The notes under the pieces were generated by a model. That model saw nothing but the letters and a program-made list of their open reading frames with translations. It did not search any database and was not told the origin of the DNA. From Pirellulales bacterium (lineage in GTDB: Bacteria; Planctomycetota; Planctomycetia; Pirellulales; PALSA-1355), in assembly GCA_963733035.1 (NCBI GenBank), contig CAVTBU010000008.1, forward strand, positions 384,001-448,000: DNA of 64,000 nucleotides, read 5' to 3'. Positions 41,996 to 51,589 of the stretch are shown here, piece after piece; the stretch's first letter is position 1; every line of letters begins with the position of its first letter. A program made the translations under genes and the position numbers.

Positions 41996-42661
41996 ATGAA
42001 ATTGCAGTGTGTTGCAGCGTCTGCTGTCATGTTTACGGCCATCCTCACAGGGGTTGCCCGGGCCGACATGTGGATTACCGAATGGGCATATTCGGCAGGC
42101 AGTGGTGAATACGTTGAGTTCACCAATGTCGGGACCAGTGCGGTCGATCTGACCGGCTGGAGCTTTGATGACAGCAGCGAGATTCCGGGTAGTTTCTCGC
42201 TCAGTCCGCTTGGAACTGTGGTGCCAGGCGAGTCCGTAATTATCACCGAGGCGGTCGAAGCTGATTTTCGCGCCGCCTGGTCCTTGCCTGCTTCGGTCAA
42301 AGTACTCGGCGATAACATCAACAATCTTGGCAGGGGCGACGAAATCAATCTATATGATGACTCGGACGCTCTCGTCGATCGATTGACCTACGGTGACCAG
42401 GATTTCCCAGGTAGCATTCGTACTCAAAATGCGGGCGGCAATCCCATCACGCCGGCGGCGCTCGGTGCAAACGATCCCTACCAGTGGCAGTTGTCCTATG
42501 TCGGCGATCCCTTTGGTTCCTACCTATCTAGCTTTGGAGACATCGGCAACCCTGGCACCTATGTCGTACCAGAACCAACTGCCTTGCTACTATTTGTCGT
42601 GGGTGGGCTGTCGTTGAGCATCGCGCGGGCCAAGAGTCTTGCCCGCTATCGCGCTGCCTGA
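41996..42661 (+). CDS. lamin-tail-domain PEP-CTERM protein
   Basis: Signal peptide; ITEW.Y..EYVEFTNVGTSAVDLTGWSFDD; VPEPTALLL plus TM helix. Confidence 0.85.
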   Translation: MKLQCVAASAVMFTAILTGVARADMWITEWAYSAGSGEYVEFTNVGTSAVDLTGWSFDDSSEIPGSFSLSPLGTVVPGESVIITEAVEADFRAAWSLPASVKVLGDNINNLGRGDEINLYDDSDALVDRLTYGDQDFPGSIRTQNAGGNPITPAALGANDPYQWQLSYVGDPFGSYLSSFGDIGNPGTYVVPEPTALLLFVVGGLSLSIARAKSLARYRAA

Positions 42662-42801
42662 GCGCCAGCGCTATTGTCCGTATCCGACAGTCCGACTCGA
42701 CGGTCGTACGACAAGATCCGTCGCTGGCGTGGCCGCGACCGTGAGGCCTGCCCATCCACTTTGGCAACTGTCGCGCGATTGGCTCGCGGACGTCAAACTC
42801 G

Positions 42802-42836
42802 AACCGCATACAGACCAGCTTTGTGTGCGGTTTTTT
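42802..42836 (+). terminator. probable intrinsic terminator
   Basis: AACCGCATACAG...TTGTGTGCGGTT followed by T-run. Confidence 0.55.
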
Positions 42837-43130
42837 CGCGCCATTTCACTGTGTCTTCTGTCATCAATCGGCGCGACAGCTGTCTTGCCGTCGCCCACCG
42901 CTCAGTCGGTCAGACCATGCTCGCCGCTAATAGGCCAAGCATTTCCACAACAGAAAATGACGGCGGGCCGATTCCCGCGGCGGAACATGAACGCTACACG
43001 CGCGAATGCGTGGGCTGAAAGCCACGCTGTTCGCAAATCGGTCAGTCTCGTTCACGCATTTCCTGGCAATTGACATTAGCAACTGACGCGAATTGGCGGG
43101 ACCGGGTGAAATGTGGCCAACTTTGCGAGT

Positions 43131-43147
43131 TTGGCATGGCAACTGCG
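43131..43147 (+). promoter_or_regulatory. candidate sigma54 promoter
   Basis: TTGGCATGGCAACTGCG, GG-N10-GC, about 90 nt before ATG 43236. Confidence 0.45.
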
Positions 43148-43235
43148 ACGCCTGTTGCACCGACTGTGGTCTCCGCGCAGTTGTCGACGATTCTACGAAA
43201 ACTATGGGAAATCTCATTCGGATCGGAGGACCAAC

Positions 43236-43881
43236 ATGCATATTCTAACTTCGAGTGCAACAACACTGCTGCTCGGGTTGACGGCGTTGGCCAGCGCAGA
43301 TAACCGAGCCAACAAAGGTGGAGCAAGAACTTGAACGACGCGCTGAAAATCAAACTGCGCTGCCAAACAGTAGTCCGCAGGCAACGGACCAGGTGACGGT
43401 CAGCGGCACGGCCGATGCAGGGGCGAATAACCAGCAAAACGTCAATACAGGCACGAACAACGAAACGAGCGACAATACCAGTCGTCAAGGCGACAACTGG
43501 CGATATGTGCGGCACAACGGTCGCTGGTGGTATTGGACGCCCAACAACAACTGGGTCATTTGGTCGGGTGGTCGTTGGGTACCGTATGCTCAGTTCCAAC
43601 AGGCGTTTCGTAGCCGTGGCTTTAATGGCTCGTACCGAACCGGCTATCGCGGCAACTACAACGGCCGATACTTCGGACCTGGTTTTTACAGTCCGGGCAA
43701 CTTTGGTGGCTACTACGGTCCCGGCTACGGTTTTGGCTACGGCCCCTATGGCAACTATGGTTGGGGCCCCGGAGGCTATAATCAAGGTGCGGCGGCCGGC
43801 GCCAACATTGGCGGCACCTTGGGCGGTCAAACCGGCGCGGGTATCGGTGCAGCCATCGGTGGCGCAATCAACGGAAGGTGA
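43236..43881 (+). CDS. secreted Gly/Tyr/Asn-rich protein with WWYW motif, frameshift near 43315
   Basis: GGAGG RBS plus ATG gives signal peptide MHILTSSATTLLLGLTALASA, joining the VEQELERR frame after removing one base; WRYVRHNGRWWYWTPNNNWVIW; Gly-zipper C-terminus. Confidence 0.7.
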
Positions 43882-43916
43882 TCATTTCGCAAGCACTACT
43901 CATTGAGCAGTCAATC

Positions 43917-43951
43917 ATCCTTCCAGGCTTCTCGGGCCTGGAAGGATTTTT
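43917..43951 (+). terminator. intrinsic terminator
   Basis: ATCCTTCCAGGC...GCCTGGAAGGAT followed by T-run. Confidence 0.8.
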
Positions 43952-44069
43952 GCTGCGCTGCAGACGACTGCCATCGTTCGGATAGTTGCCGCCGAGAGGT
44001 GCATTCGGTGATAATAATGACTCGCACATTTCAACACCATCACGTCGGATTTCAACGTTTGGGTACAGC

Positions 44070-44684
44070 ATGGGCAACGGTGATATCGCACGCCTGATGC
44101 GGTGGCGCTACCGGCAAGCGCGGCACACAATGGGCCGTGCATTTCATGACTACAACCTGATGGTCTATGCGGCGCGAGACGATGACAGCCGCTTGACCGC
44201 CGTCACTTCGCTATATGGGGCAATCATGGATGATTGTTTTCGCCACGGCGAAGTTTATACGTTCGGCGATTGCCACGGCGTGGCCTGTTGGCTTCCGCCA
44301 CCGCGAGCCGTACCGACCTTCTGGCGACAGGCGCGATCCGGGATGCTGGCGCTGCCATGGCACTTTGGGCTGTCCGGATTTCGCAAGCTAACCGCTTTCG
44401 ATGACGTTGCGCGGCGTCTACATCACAATCATGCGTCGATGCCGCACTGGTATCTGGCTGCGATCGGTGTTGACCCAGAACATCAAGGCCGAGGGATCGG
44501 CAGCGCCCTGATGCGGCCGATGCTCGAGCGGGCTGACCGCGACGGCTTACACTGTTGGTTAGATACACATCAGGAACAGAACGTGCGGCTGTACGAGCGC
44601 CATGGGTTTGACGTTTGCGAGCGCGTCGAACTGCCGGACCACCCAATTCCGGTCTACGGTATGCTACGCAAGCCGCGCGGCTAG
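44070..44684 (+). CDS. GNAT N-acetyltransferase
   Basis: PHWYLAAIGVDPEHQGRGIGSALM, NVRLYERHGF. Confidence 0.88.
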   Translation: MGNGDIARLMRWRYRQARHTMGRAFHDYNLMVYAARDDDSRLTAVTSLYGAIMDDCFRHGEVYTFGDCHGVACWLPPPRAVPTFWRQARSGMLALPWHFGLSGFRKLTAFDDVARRLHHNHASMPHWYLAAIGVDPEHQGRGIGSALMRPMLERADRDGLHCWLDTHQEQNVRLYERHGFDVCERVELPDHPIPVYGMLRKPRG

Positions 44685-44727
44685 GTGAGCCCACGTCGCA
44701 TACCATCAAATTTGCGAGCGCCCGATC

Positions 44728-45414
44728 ATGGAAATCCTAATCTTTCTTCTCTTCTTGACACTGATTGTCATTTCTGCAATCTATGCGTACCGGAAGGCAG
44801 CACAGCGACGCAAGGATTTGGCCGCACTGGCTCAGCGCCTTGGCTGGCAGTTCCGTTCCGGCAACGACCGGGAGCTGACTGCTCGCTTTGGTGCGCTACG
44901 TTGTCTGGACCAGGGTTCCAACCGCTACGCGTACAACATTCTCGAAGGCCACCTCGGTGATCGCGCCATTTGCGCCTTCGATTATCACTACGAAACCTAC
45001 TCGACCGATTCGAAAGGTCATCGCACGACCAACCATCACCATTTCTCGATGGCCGTGCTGGAGACCGGACTACCGCTCAAACCGCTGTTCATCCGCCCGG
45101 AGGGTTTCTTGGATCGGATTGGCGAGTTCTTCGGCCTCGACGACATCGACTTTGAGTCGAGCCAGTTCAGTCGAGAGTTTCACGTCACCAGCCCCGATCG
45201 CCGCTGGGCGTTTGACGTAATCCATCAGGCCACCATGGAGTTCCTGCTGGCCGCTCCCCGCTTCACAATCCAAATGGCCGGCTCGCGGGTATTCATTTAT
45301 CGTGCCAGCTGCTTCGAGCCGGCCGATTTCAAAAGTGCCCTGGACGTGGCTAGCGGCATCATCGACCGTTTGCCGAACTACCTACTGCGTGAGTGGAAAG
45401 GAGCTACTCGATGA
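44728..45414 (+). CDS. membrane-anchored hypothetical protein (LemA-associated)
   Basis: N-terminal TM; FDYHYET, DDIDFESSQFSREFHV; overlaps the lemA start. Confidence 0.7.
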   Translation: MEILIFLLFLTLIVISAIYAYRKAAQRRKDLAALAQRLGWQFRSGNDRELTARFGALRCLDQGSNRYAYNILEGHLGDRAICAFDYHYETYSTDSKGHRTTNHHHFSMAVLETGLPLKPLFIRPEGFLDRIGEFFGLDDIDFESSQFSREFHVTSPDRRWAFDVIHQATMEFLLAAPRFTIQMAGSRVFIYRASCFEPADFKSALDVASGIIDRLPNYLLREWKGATR

Positions 45415-45983
45415 ATTCCTCTCTGATCGTATTGGCAATCGTGGCCTTCGCCGCCATCCTCGTCCTGGCTTGGGTCATCGGCCTTTACAACGGCTTGGTA
45501 CGAGCCAAGAACACGTGTAACGAATCATGGGCCGACATCGACACCGAACTCCGCCGCCGATACGACCTGATTCCAAATCTCGTCGAGACCGTGAAAGGAT
45601 ATGCGGCGCACGAGCGCGAAGTGCTGGAGCGAGTCGTTCAGGCCCGCAACGCAGCAGTCGCGAACCACGGTTCGCCCACCTCGCAAGCACAAGACGAAAA
45701 CACCCTAAATAACAGTCTGCGCCAGTTGTTCGCCCTGTCGGAAGCATATCCAGATCTCAAAGCAAACCAGAGTTTTATCGAGTTGCAACAGGAGTTGGCC
45801 AACACGGAAGACCGTTTGCAGCGCGCTCGCCGGTTCTACAACAGCAATGTCCGCGACATGAACAATCGACTCGAAGTCTTCCCGTCGAACATCGTGGCCC
45901 AGATGTTCGCGTTCCAAGCGGCCGAGTACTTTGAGATTGAGGATCCTGCCGTGCGAGAGGTCCCAACAGCGAAGTTCACCTAG
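45411..45983 (+). CDS. lemA: LemA family protein
   Basis: YNGLV, RRYDLIPNLVETVKGYAAHE, EAYPDLKAN, RRFYN, FPSNIVA. Confidence 0.95.
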   Translation: MNSSLIVLAIVAFAAILVLAWVIGLYNGLVRAKNTCNESWADIDTELRRRYDLIPNLVETVKGYAAHEREVLERVVQARNAAVANHGSPTSQAQDENTLNNSLRQLFALSEAYPDLKANQSFIELQQELANTEDRLQRARRFYNSNVRDMNNRLEVFPSNIVAQMFAFQAAEYFEIEDPAVREVPTAKFT

Positions 45984-46162
45984 TCCGCGAACCTTGTGCA
46001 ACTTAGCCAATCGATAGATTTTTTGCGTTCCGTACGACCGGTACGTTCCTGCATCTGTTCCAGCCGCAGGCAGGATAGTCCTGATGTAAGCTTGTATGTG
46101 GGTACCGAAAAAGGCAACGAGTCGCGGGCTCACCGTTCGCTTCACAACCAGGGCTGGCGACT

Positions 46163-46999
46163 ATGCGACGACGTGAGTTCATCGTTTCGGCGTGCTTGAT
46201 GATCGCGGGCGGCAACTGGGCCTCGGCCGGGCAATTGCCTCAGGAGTTCGTTAATCTCTACCGGCCAGCGCTCAATAGGTTGCGTGAAGCATATTCCAAA
46301 GTAACCGTCGAGGGCACGCTACGCGTTGAGCTACCGCGAGAGGAAAAGTCGAGCGAACAGGGATTCGTCATGCGGGCCGACGGCAAGAAGCGTCGCCTGG
46401 ACTTGCGCACATTGGCGCAACAGGGCATGGGTTTGAAGGTGGGGGCCACCGAAATGTCGATGGCCACACCGTATGGTTCGCTCAACACCTATACAAATCC
46501 CGATTCCAAGTTCTTCGACGATGCCCAGCAGCGCAAATATGACGGCATCGTGTCCGAAATCGATCGGCGCTGTTTAGTTACCTATCCCTATGCGCTGGAC
46601 TCGAAGAGCACAATCCTCGACATGCTGCAAAGTCCGGCCGTGAAGGTGAAGAGCGTCAAATGGACTCGCTCACAGGGCCAGCCGATGGTCCAGGTCGACT
46701 ACCAGCAGGATGGCGAGCATGCCGGTTTCTCGGGCACGTGGGAATCGATGTTGATCCTGTCTCCGGAGGACGGTTGGGCCTTGCGTAGTTTTACGCGTAC
46801 GCTGCAAGGTGGTTCCAGTCGAGTTAGCCAGCGCGGAGAACTTCAGTACGCCGGCATCGAAGACGGCGCCCCACTTCTGCAGTCCATCAGCGTGGAAACG
46901 AGCCAAGGCGGCCGCGTCGTCCGCCGCGAGGGTATCACGGTTGATGACACGACTTTTGGCGCTCCAAACCAATATCTCTTCGATTCATTCACTTTCTAA
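46163..46999 (+). CDS. exported hypothetical protein
   Basis: 278-aa ORF with MRRREF/hydrophobic signal; fits the gene order. Confidence 0.6.
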   Translation: MRRREFIVSACLMIAGGNWASAGQLPQEFVNLYRPALNRLREAYSKVTVEGTLRVELPREEKSSEQGFVMRADGKKRRLDLRTLAQQGMGLKVGATEMSMATPYGSLNTYTNPDSKFFDDAQQRKYDGIVSEIDRRCLVTYPYALDSKSTILDMLQSPAVKVKSVKWTRSQGQPMVQVDYQQDGEHAGFSGTWESMLILSPEDGWALRSFTRTLQGGSSRVSQRGELQYAGIEDGAPLLQSISVETSQGGRVVRREGITVDDTTFGAPNQYLFDSFTF

Positions 47000-47081
47000 T
47001 CGCCGGTCTCTCCGAAATCCTTGGGCAAATGGTGATGCCGCGCGGCGTCTGACGGTTACTACCGCGTGAGAGGAGTGACCG

Positions 47082-47807
47082 ATGAAGCTACCAGTCGTCG
47101 ACGGCCTAATTCGTAGGCGTATCTTGGTCAACTATCGGGCTGACCCACAAATCGTTGCCCGATTGTTGCCGCCGCGATTGCGGCCCCAGGTGCATGCCGG
47201 GAATTCCTTGGTTGGGATTTGCCTAATCCGGCTAGAGCAAGTTCGGCCGCGACCGCTGCCCGCCCGGCTTGGAATCCAAAGCGAGAATGCCGCACATCGG
47301 TTTGCCGTGGAGTGGGATGATGACACTGGCGCCAGGCGCAACGGTGTTTTCGTACACCGTCGCGACACCAGTTCATGGCTCAATTGCCTGGCCGGGGGAC
47401 GTGTATTTCCTGGCGAGCACCACTTGGCAAAGTTCGATGTCGCCGAATGCAATCCGGAAGTGGCGCTCTCGATGCATTCTCGCGATGGGAAAGTGGCAAT
47501 CGAGGTGTCCGGCCACGCAGTCGACACATGGCCACGCGAATCCACATTCACCTCGCTGGCCAGTGCGTCGGCCTTTTACGAGCGGGGCTCGTTGGGTTAT
47601 TCGACTACCGACGACCCGCATCGCCTGGATGGACTTGTTCTCAAAACAGCCGAATGGGCAGTCCAGCCGTTTGCAATTGACCACGTGGCGTCCAGCTACT
47701 TCGACGACGACGCAAGATTCCCACCAGGTAGCATCGCACTCGACCATGCCCTGCTCATGCGCGACGTCCGACACCAGTGGCACGGCGCTCCAGACCTGTG
47801 CGTGTGA
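47082..47807 (+). CDS. DUF2071-like protein
   Basis: RRILVNYRADP, GICLIRL, SENAAHRFAVEW, DHALLMR; AGGAG RBS. Confidence 0.7.
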   Translation: MKLPVVDGLIRRRILVNYRADPQIVARLLPPRLRPQVHAGNSLVGICLIRLEQVRPRPLPARLGIQSENAAHRFAVEWDDDTGARRNGVFVHRRDTSSWLNCLAGGRVFPGEHHLAKFDVAECNPEVALSMHSRDGKVAIEVSGHAVDTWPRESTFTSLASASAFYERGSLGYSTTDDPHRLDGLVLKTAEWAVQPFAIDHVASSYFDDDARFPPGSIALDHALLMRDVRHQWHGAPDLCV

Positions 47808-47819
47808 ATGGCGGCGAAG

Positions 47820-49379
47820 CTAGGTCTTGGCCCGCTGGAGGGCTCGGTCGATGCGTTTGAGGCAGGCGTCCTTACCGAGAATCTCCAGGCAATCGTAGAG
47901 CCCCGGACCGACGGACTTGCCAGTCGTCGAGACGCGAATGGCGTGGATAACATCGCCGGTTTTGATTCCTTCGGCCGTCACAAATTCGTGCAAGATGGTC
48001 TCCAGGTTCTGCGCATCGAACGGTTCGGCGGCCGCCAGCTGGTCACGAAACCTGGCAAGCAGTTCTGTTGTCCCTGGTTTCCCCAGGTTTTTTTGAAATG
48101 CCTTTTCGTCGTAGACGATCTCATCCTGAAAGAAGAAGTCGGCGTAGGCCAGAATGTCGCCGAACACCTTGAGCCTGTCGCCCGCCGCTTCCACGATTCG
48201 GGTCAGTTTTGGTCCCACCTCACACGGTGTCGGCGTAGGGACCAGACCGGCCCGCTGCAGATAGTCAAGCATCGTCGCCACTTTCTGCTTCAGCGGCAAC
48301 TTCTGCATGTAGTGATCCTGGAAGGCCCAGAGCTTCTTGGGATCGAAGCTGGCGGGGGCCTTGGTCACGCGGTCGAGCGAAAAGTTGTTGATCAGTGTCT
48401 GCCGGTCCATGAATTCCGTCTTGTCGTCTAGCGACCAACCGAGCAGCACAAGGTAGTTAATGATCGCGTCGGGCAAGTAGCCAACCTGTTCGTAGAAATC
48501 CACGATCACTGGATTGAACGTGTCGGCCGACGTCGCAAGCCCGAGCGCCTTGGCGATCGCGACTCCGTGTTCATTGACCAAGGCAAAATCGCGGTTCTTC
48601 AGGTATTTGTCGAGTTTGCGCTTGCTGAGTTTGTTTTTGCTCCCCGGTTCGGCCACGTAGGGCAGGTGGGCATACTGCGGCAATTCATAGCCAAGCGATT
48701 GGGCAATGTAAATCTGCCGCGGCGTGTTCGATAAATGTTCTTCAGCCCGTATGACATGCGTGATTTCGAAATCGTGATCGTCGACGACACTCGCCAAATG
48801 ATAGAGACACGTGCCGTCAGCCCGTTGGATGACGTGGTCTTGTTCTCGTGCCCAGTCGAATTCCACGCGGCCTCGCACCAGGTCGTCGATCACCAATGTC
48901 CCTTCCCGGGGCATTTTCAACCGCACGACGGATAGTCGTCCCTCGGCCTCAAAATTCTTTTGTTGATCGGTGGTTTCGGCCATCCAGCGACGGCTGTAGA
49001 GAAATGGCCGCTTTTCGGCCTGGGCGGTTTCGCGTTCGGCCTGAATCTCGTCGGTAGTGGCATAGTCTCGATACGCGAAGCCGTCGGCCAAAAGCTTCTC
49101 AACTGCCGCCTGATACTTCGCGAGACGTTTCGACTGGTAATACGGTTCGAAAGGACCGCCAACTTCGGGTCCCTCGTCCCAGTCGATACCCAGCCACTTG
49201 AAGCCGTGCAGAATTGGCGCGAGCGCCGCGTCTACATTTCGTTCGGCGTCCGTATCGTCAATCCGCAACAGAAACTGTCCACCGTGCCGTCGCGTAAAGA
49301 GCCAGTTAAATAGCGCCGTCCGCACGCCGCCAATGTGCAGGAAACCAGTCGGACTGGGGGCAAAACGAGTACGAACCAT
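47820..49379 (-). CDS. gltX: glutamate--tRNA ligase
   Basis: [29 protein letters not shown]. Confidence 0.97.
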   Translation of the reverse strand: MVRTRFAPSPTGFLHIGGVRTALFNWLFTRRHGGQFLLRIDDTDAERNVDAALAPILHGFKWLGIDWDEGPEVGGPFEPYYQSKRLAKYQAAVEKLLADGFAYRDYATTDEIQAERETAQAEKRPFLYSRRWMAETTDQQKNFEAEGRLSVVRLKMPREGTLVIDDLVRGRVEFDWAREQDHVIQRADGTCLYHLASVVDDHDFEITHVIRAEEHLSNTPRQIYIAQSLGYELPQYAHLPYVAEPGSKNKLSKRKLDKYLKNRDFALVNEHGVAIAKALGLATSADTFNPVIVDFYEQVGYLPDAIINYLVLLGWSLDDKTEFMDRQTLINNFSLDRVTKAPASFDPKKLWAFQDHYMQKLPLKQKVATMLDYLQRAGLVPTPTPCEVGPKLTRIVEAAGDRLKVFGDILAYADFFFQDEIVYDEKAFQKNLGKPGTTELLARFRDQLAAAEPFDAQNLETILHEFVTAEGIKTGDVIHAIRVSTTGKSVGPGLYDCLEILGKDACLKRIDRALQRAKT

Positions 49380-49469
49380 AAGAGCACGTGTACCCAACGG
49401 GAGTGCGATCGCCAAACGAACGGCCCATTATGCCCGAAGGCGGGGGAATGGGAAAGGACGACGGTATGC

Positions 49470-50330
49470 CTAGGACGGCAGTTGGCCAATGATCCCAACC
49501 AAAAACTTGGCCAGACTCTCGGAAGCCACCAGTGCGTCTTCCTTCAGTTGCCACATGTCCTTGACGCTCGAAGGGCGGCGCATGATCGCGCCCGCAGCAG
49601 CGCCCAGCCGGCCGGCCGTCGATTTCTTGTTTACCATCAAGTCGATGTCTCGAGGCAGCGTACGATTTACGCCGTCGATAACTATGCGGACCGATAGGAA
49701 GCGCGTTTTCCGTTGGCTACAGACATCGGCAACTCCCAGCGTTTCCATGTCGACCGCCATTGCCTGATGCTGTTGTCCGATCCTGCGCTTCTCGTCCGGC
49801 TCGCGGATCACACGATCGACCGTGACCAAACGTCCCACGTGCAAACGCGGTCCGGGCGGCAGCTTAAGATCGATCACAAACTGTTGGCCGCTTTCGTCAA
49901 CGACACTGTCGGCGACCAGTATATCACCCTGCTTTAGTCGTTCGTCCAAGGCCCCAGCAAATCCGGCAGATATGATCCACCGCGGGTGATGCCCAAAAAT
50001 GAGAGCTTCGGTAGCCCTCGAAGCGCGTTCTCGTCCGGTGCCGCTCTCCACAATGATTGTCCGCTTGTTGCCGAGCCCCCCCTCGCGCGCGACGAATCCA
50101 GCTCCGGCAGTTTTGACCAAACCGGCAAGCTTATCGACCAGTCCACCCGCTTCGATGCCGAGGGCAAACACAAGGCCGACATGACAGATTTCAGGCTCAC
50201 GTTTCTCCACTTCCGGTGGCTCATTCGAGGGGCTCTGCGGCATGGCCTCTCCGGCGGCCTGCATCGCAGCCGCGCGCACGCGTTGCTGGGCCTGGCCCAT
50301 CAGGTAGTTTCGGAGCAGAGACTGCCACAT
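49470..50330 (-). CDS. nucleoside phosphorylase family (HpnG-like, hopanoid-associated)
   Basis: ISAGFAGAL, AVDMET, FLSVRIVID; directly downstream of hpnH. Confidence 0.75.
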   Translation of the reverse strand: MWQSLLRNYLMGQAQQRVRAAAMQAAGEAMPQSPSNEPPEVEKREPEICHVGLVFALGIEAGGLVDKLAGLVKTAGAGFVAREGGLGNKRTIIVESGTGRERASRATEALIFGHHPRWIISAGFAGALDERLKQGDILVADSVVDESGQQFVIDLKLPPGPRLHVGRLVTVDRVIREPDEKRRIGQQHQAMAVDMETLGVADVCSQRKTRFLSVRIVIDGVNRTLPRDIDLMVNKKSTAGRLGAAAGAIMRRPSSVKDMWQLKEDALVASESLAKFLVGIIGQLPS

Positions 50331-50531
50331 ACAACGACTTCCACGGGAGCAATCAACACGAGTTCCCTCATTGTAGCGGGCATAGGTGCCCGAATTCCAA
50401 TCCAACTCGTACTCAGAGCAGCAAGGAGGGTCACGTGCAGACCGACATCCGTACGCGGTTTGGGCCCGGAAACGTCGCCCCATGTCAACTTCCCTTGCTC
50501 GCGTGCCGGGAAAGTGAGCCGCGTCGACAGT

Positions 50532-51551
50532 TTATGCAAGTTGCCAGAGGGCCATCTTCAGCGTGTCACCAAGTCGTCGGTTGACACCCAAAACGGCGGC
50601 CGGCTCGAAGCCGCAGTGGACCATGCAATGCTCGCAGCGGGCGTCATTGCCGCGGCCGAGCTTGTCCCAATCCGTGTTTTCCACCAAGTCATTGAACGTT
50701 TTGTGATGCGTATCAGTGATCAGGTAGCAGGGACCTTTCCAACCGCGAACATTGCGGGTTGGATTGGCCCAGGCGGCACACTTCAGTTCGCGTTCGCCTC
50801 GCAGGAATTCGAGGTAAATCGGTGAGGTGTTCAAGCGGTAGCCAGCCAACAGCTCCTTGGCCTGACGGAACTTTGCGTGAATGTCGTCACGGGTCATGAA
50901 TATTTCTTGCGCGCCCAGCGGATTGATTTGGTGCACCGCGGCGTAACCGTATGCGGGTGACATCATGAAGCCGTCAACGCCCAACTCCGTCAAGTAACTC
51001 AACAGCACGGCAATCTCGTGCATATTGGTTTCCTTGTAGATCGTCGTATTCGTGCAAACCAGAAAGCCGGCGGCCTTGGCGGCCTTGATCCCTTCGATCG
51101 CCTCGGCAAACACACCCTCACGTTCGACGGCCAAGTCGTGCGAGGCCTCCATGCCGTCCAAGTGAACGTTCCAAAAGAAACGATCGGTCGGCTTGAAGCC
51201 GCTCAGCTTCTTGAGAGTAAACATGCCGTTGGTGCATAAATAGATGTGCTTCTTGCGCTCGAGAATCTTGGCCACAAGTTCCTCGATATGGGGATAGATC
51301 ATTGGCTCGCCGCCGCAGATGCTCACGCACGGAGCACCGCACTCGTCGACAGCCGCCAGGCACTCGTCCACCGTGAGCTTATCCTTGATCGTATTGGAAT
51401 ACTCGCGAATCCTCCCGCAGCCGGTGCAAGTGAGGTTGCAGGCGTGCAACGGTTCGAGCATCAGCACCAACGGAAACTTCTTTTCACCGGCCAGCTTCTT
51501 CTTAAGCAAGTAGCTGGCCATCGTGCGAGTGAGCGAGAACGGAAAACGCAT
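50532..51551 (-). CDS. hpnH: adenosyl-hopene transferase (radical SAM)
   Basis: FPLVLMLEPLHACNLTCTGCG, WKGPCYL, CEHCMVHCGFE. Confidence 0.93.
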   Translation of the reverse strand: MRFPFSLTRTMASYLLKKKLAGEKKFPLVLMLEPLHACNLTCTGCGRIREYSNTIKDKLTVDECLAAVDECGAPCVSICGGEPMIYPHIEELVAKILERKKHIYLCTNGMFTLKKLSGFKPTDRFFWNVHLDGMEASHDLAVEREGVFAEAIEGIKAAKAAGFLVCTNTTIYKETNMHEIAVLLSYLTELGVDGFMMSPAYGYAAVHQINPLGAQEIFMTRDDIHAKFRQAKELLAGYRLNTSPIYLEFLRGERELKCAAWANPTRNVRGWKGPCYLITDTHHKTFNDLVENTDWDKLGRGNDARCEHCMVHCGFEPAAVLGVNRRLGDTLKMALWQLA

Positions 51552-51589
51552 CGGGATCCTCCCTGAGCGTGATAATTCAATGTGGAAAT

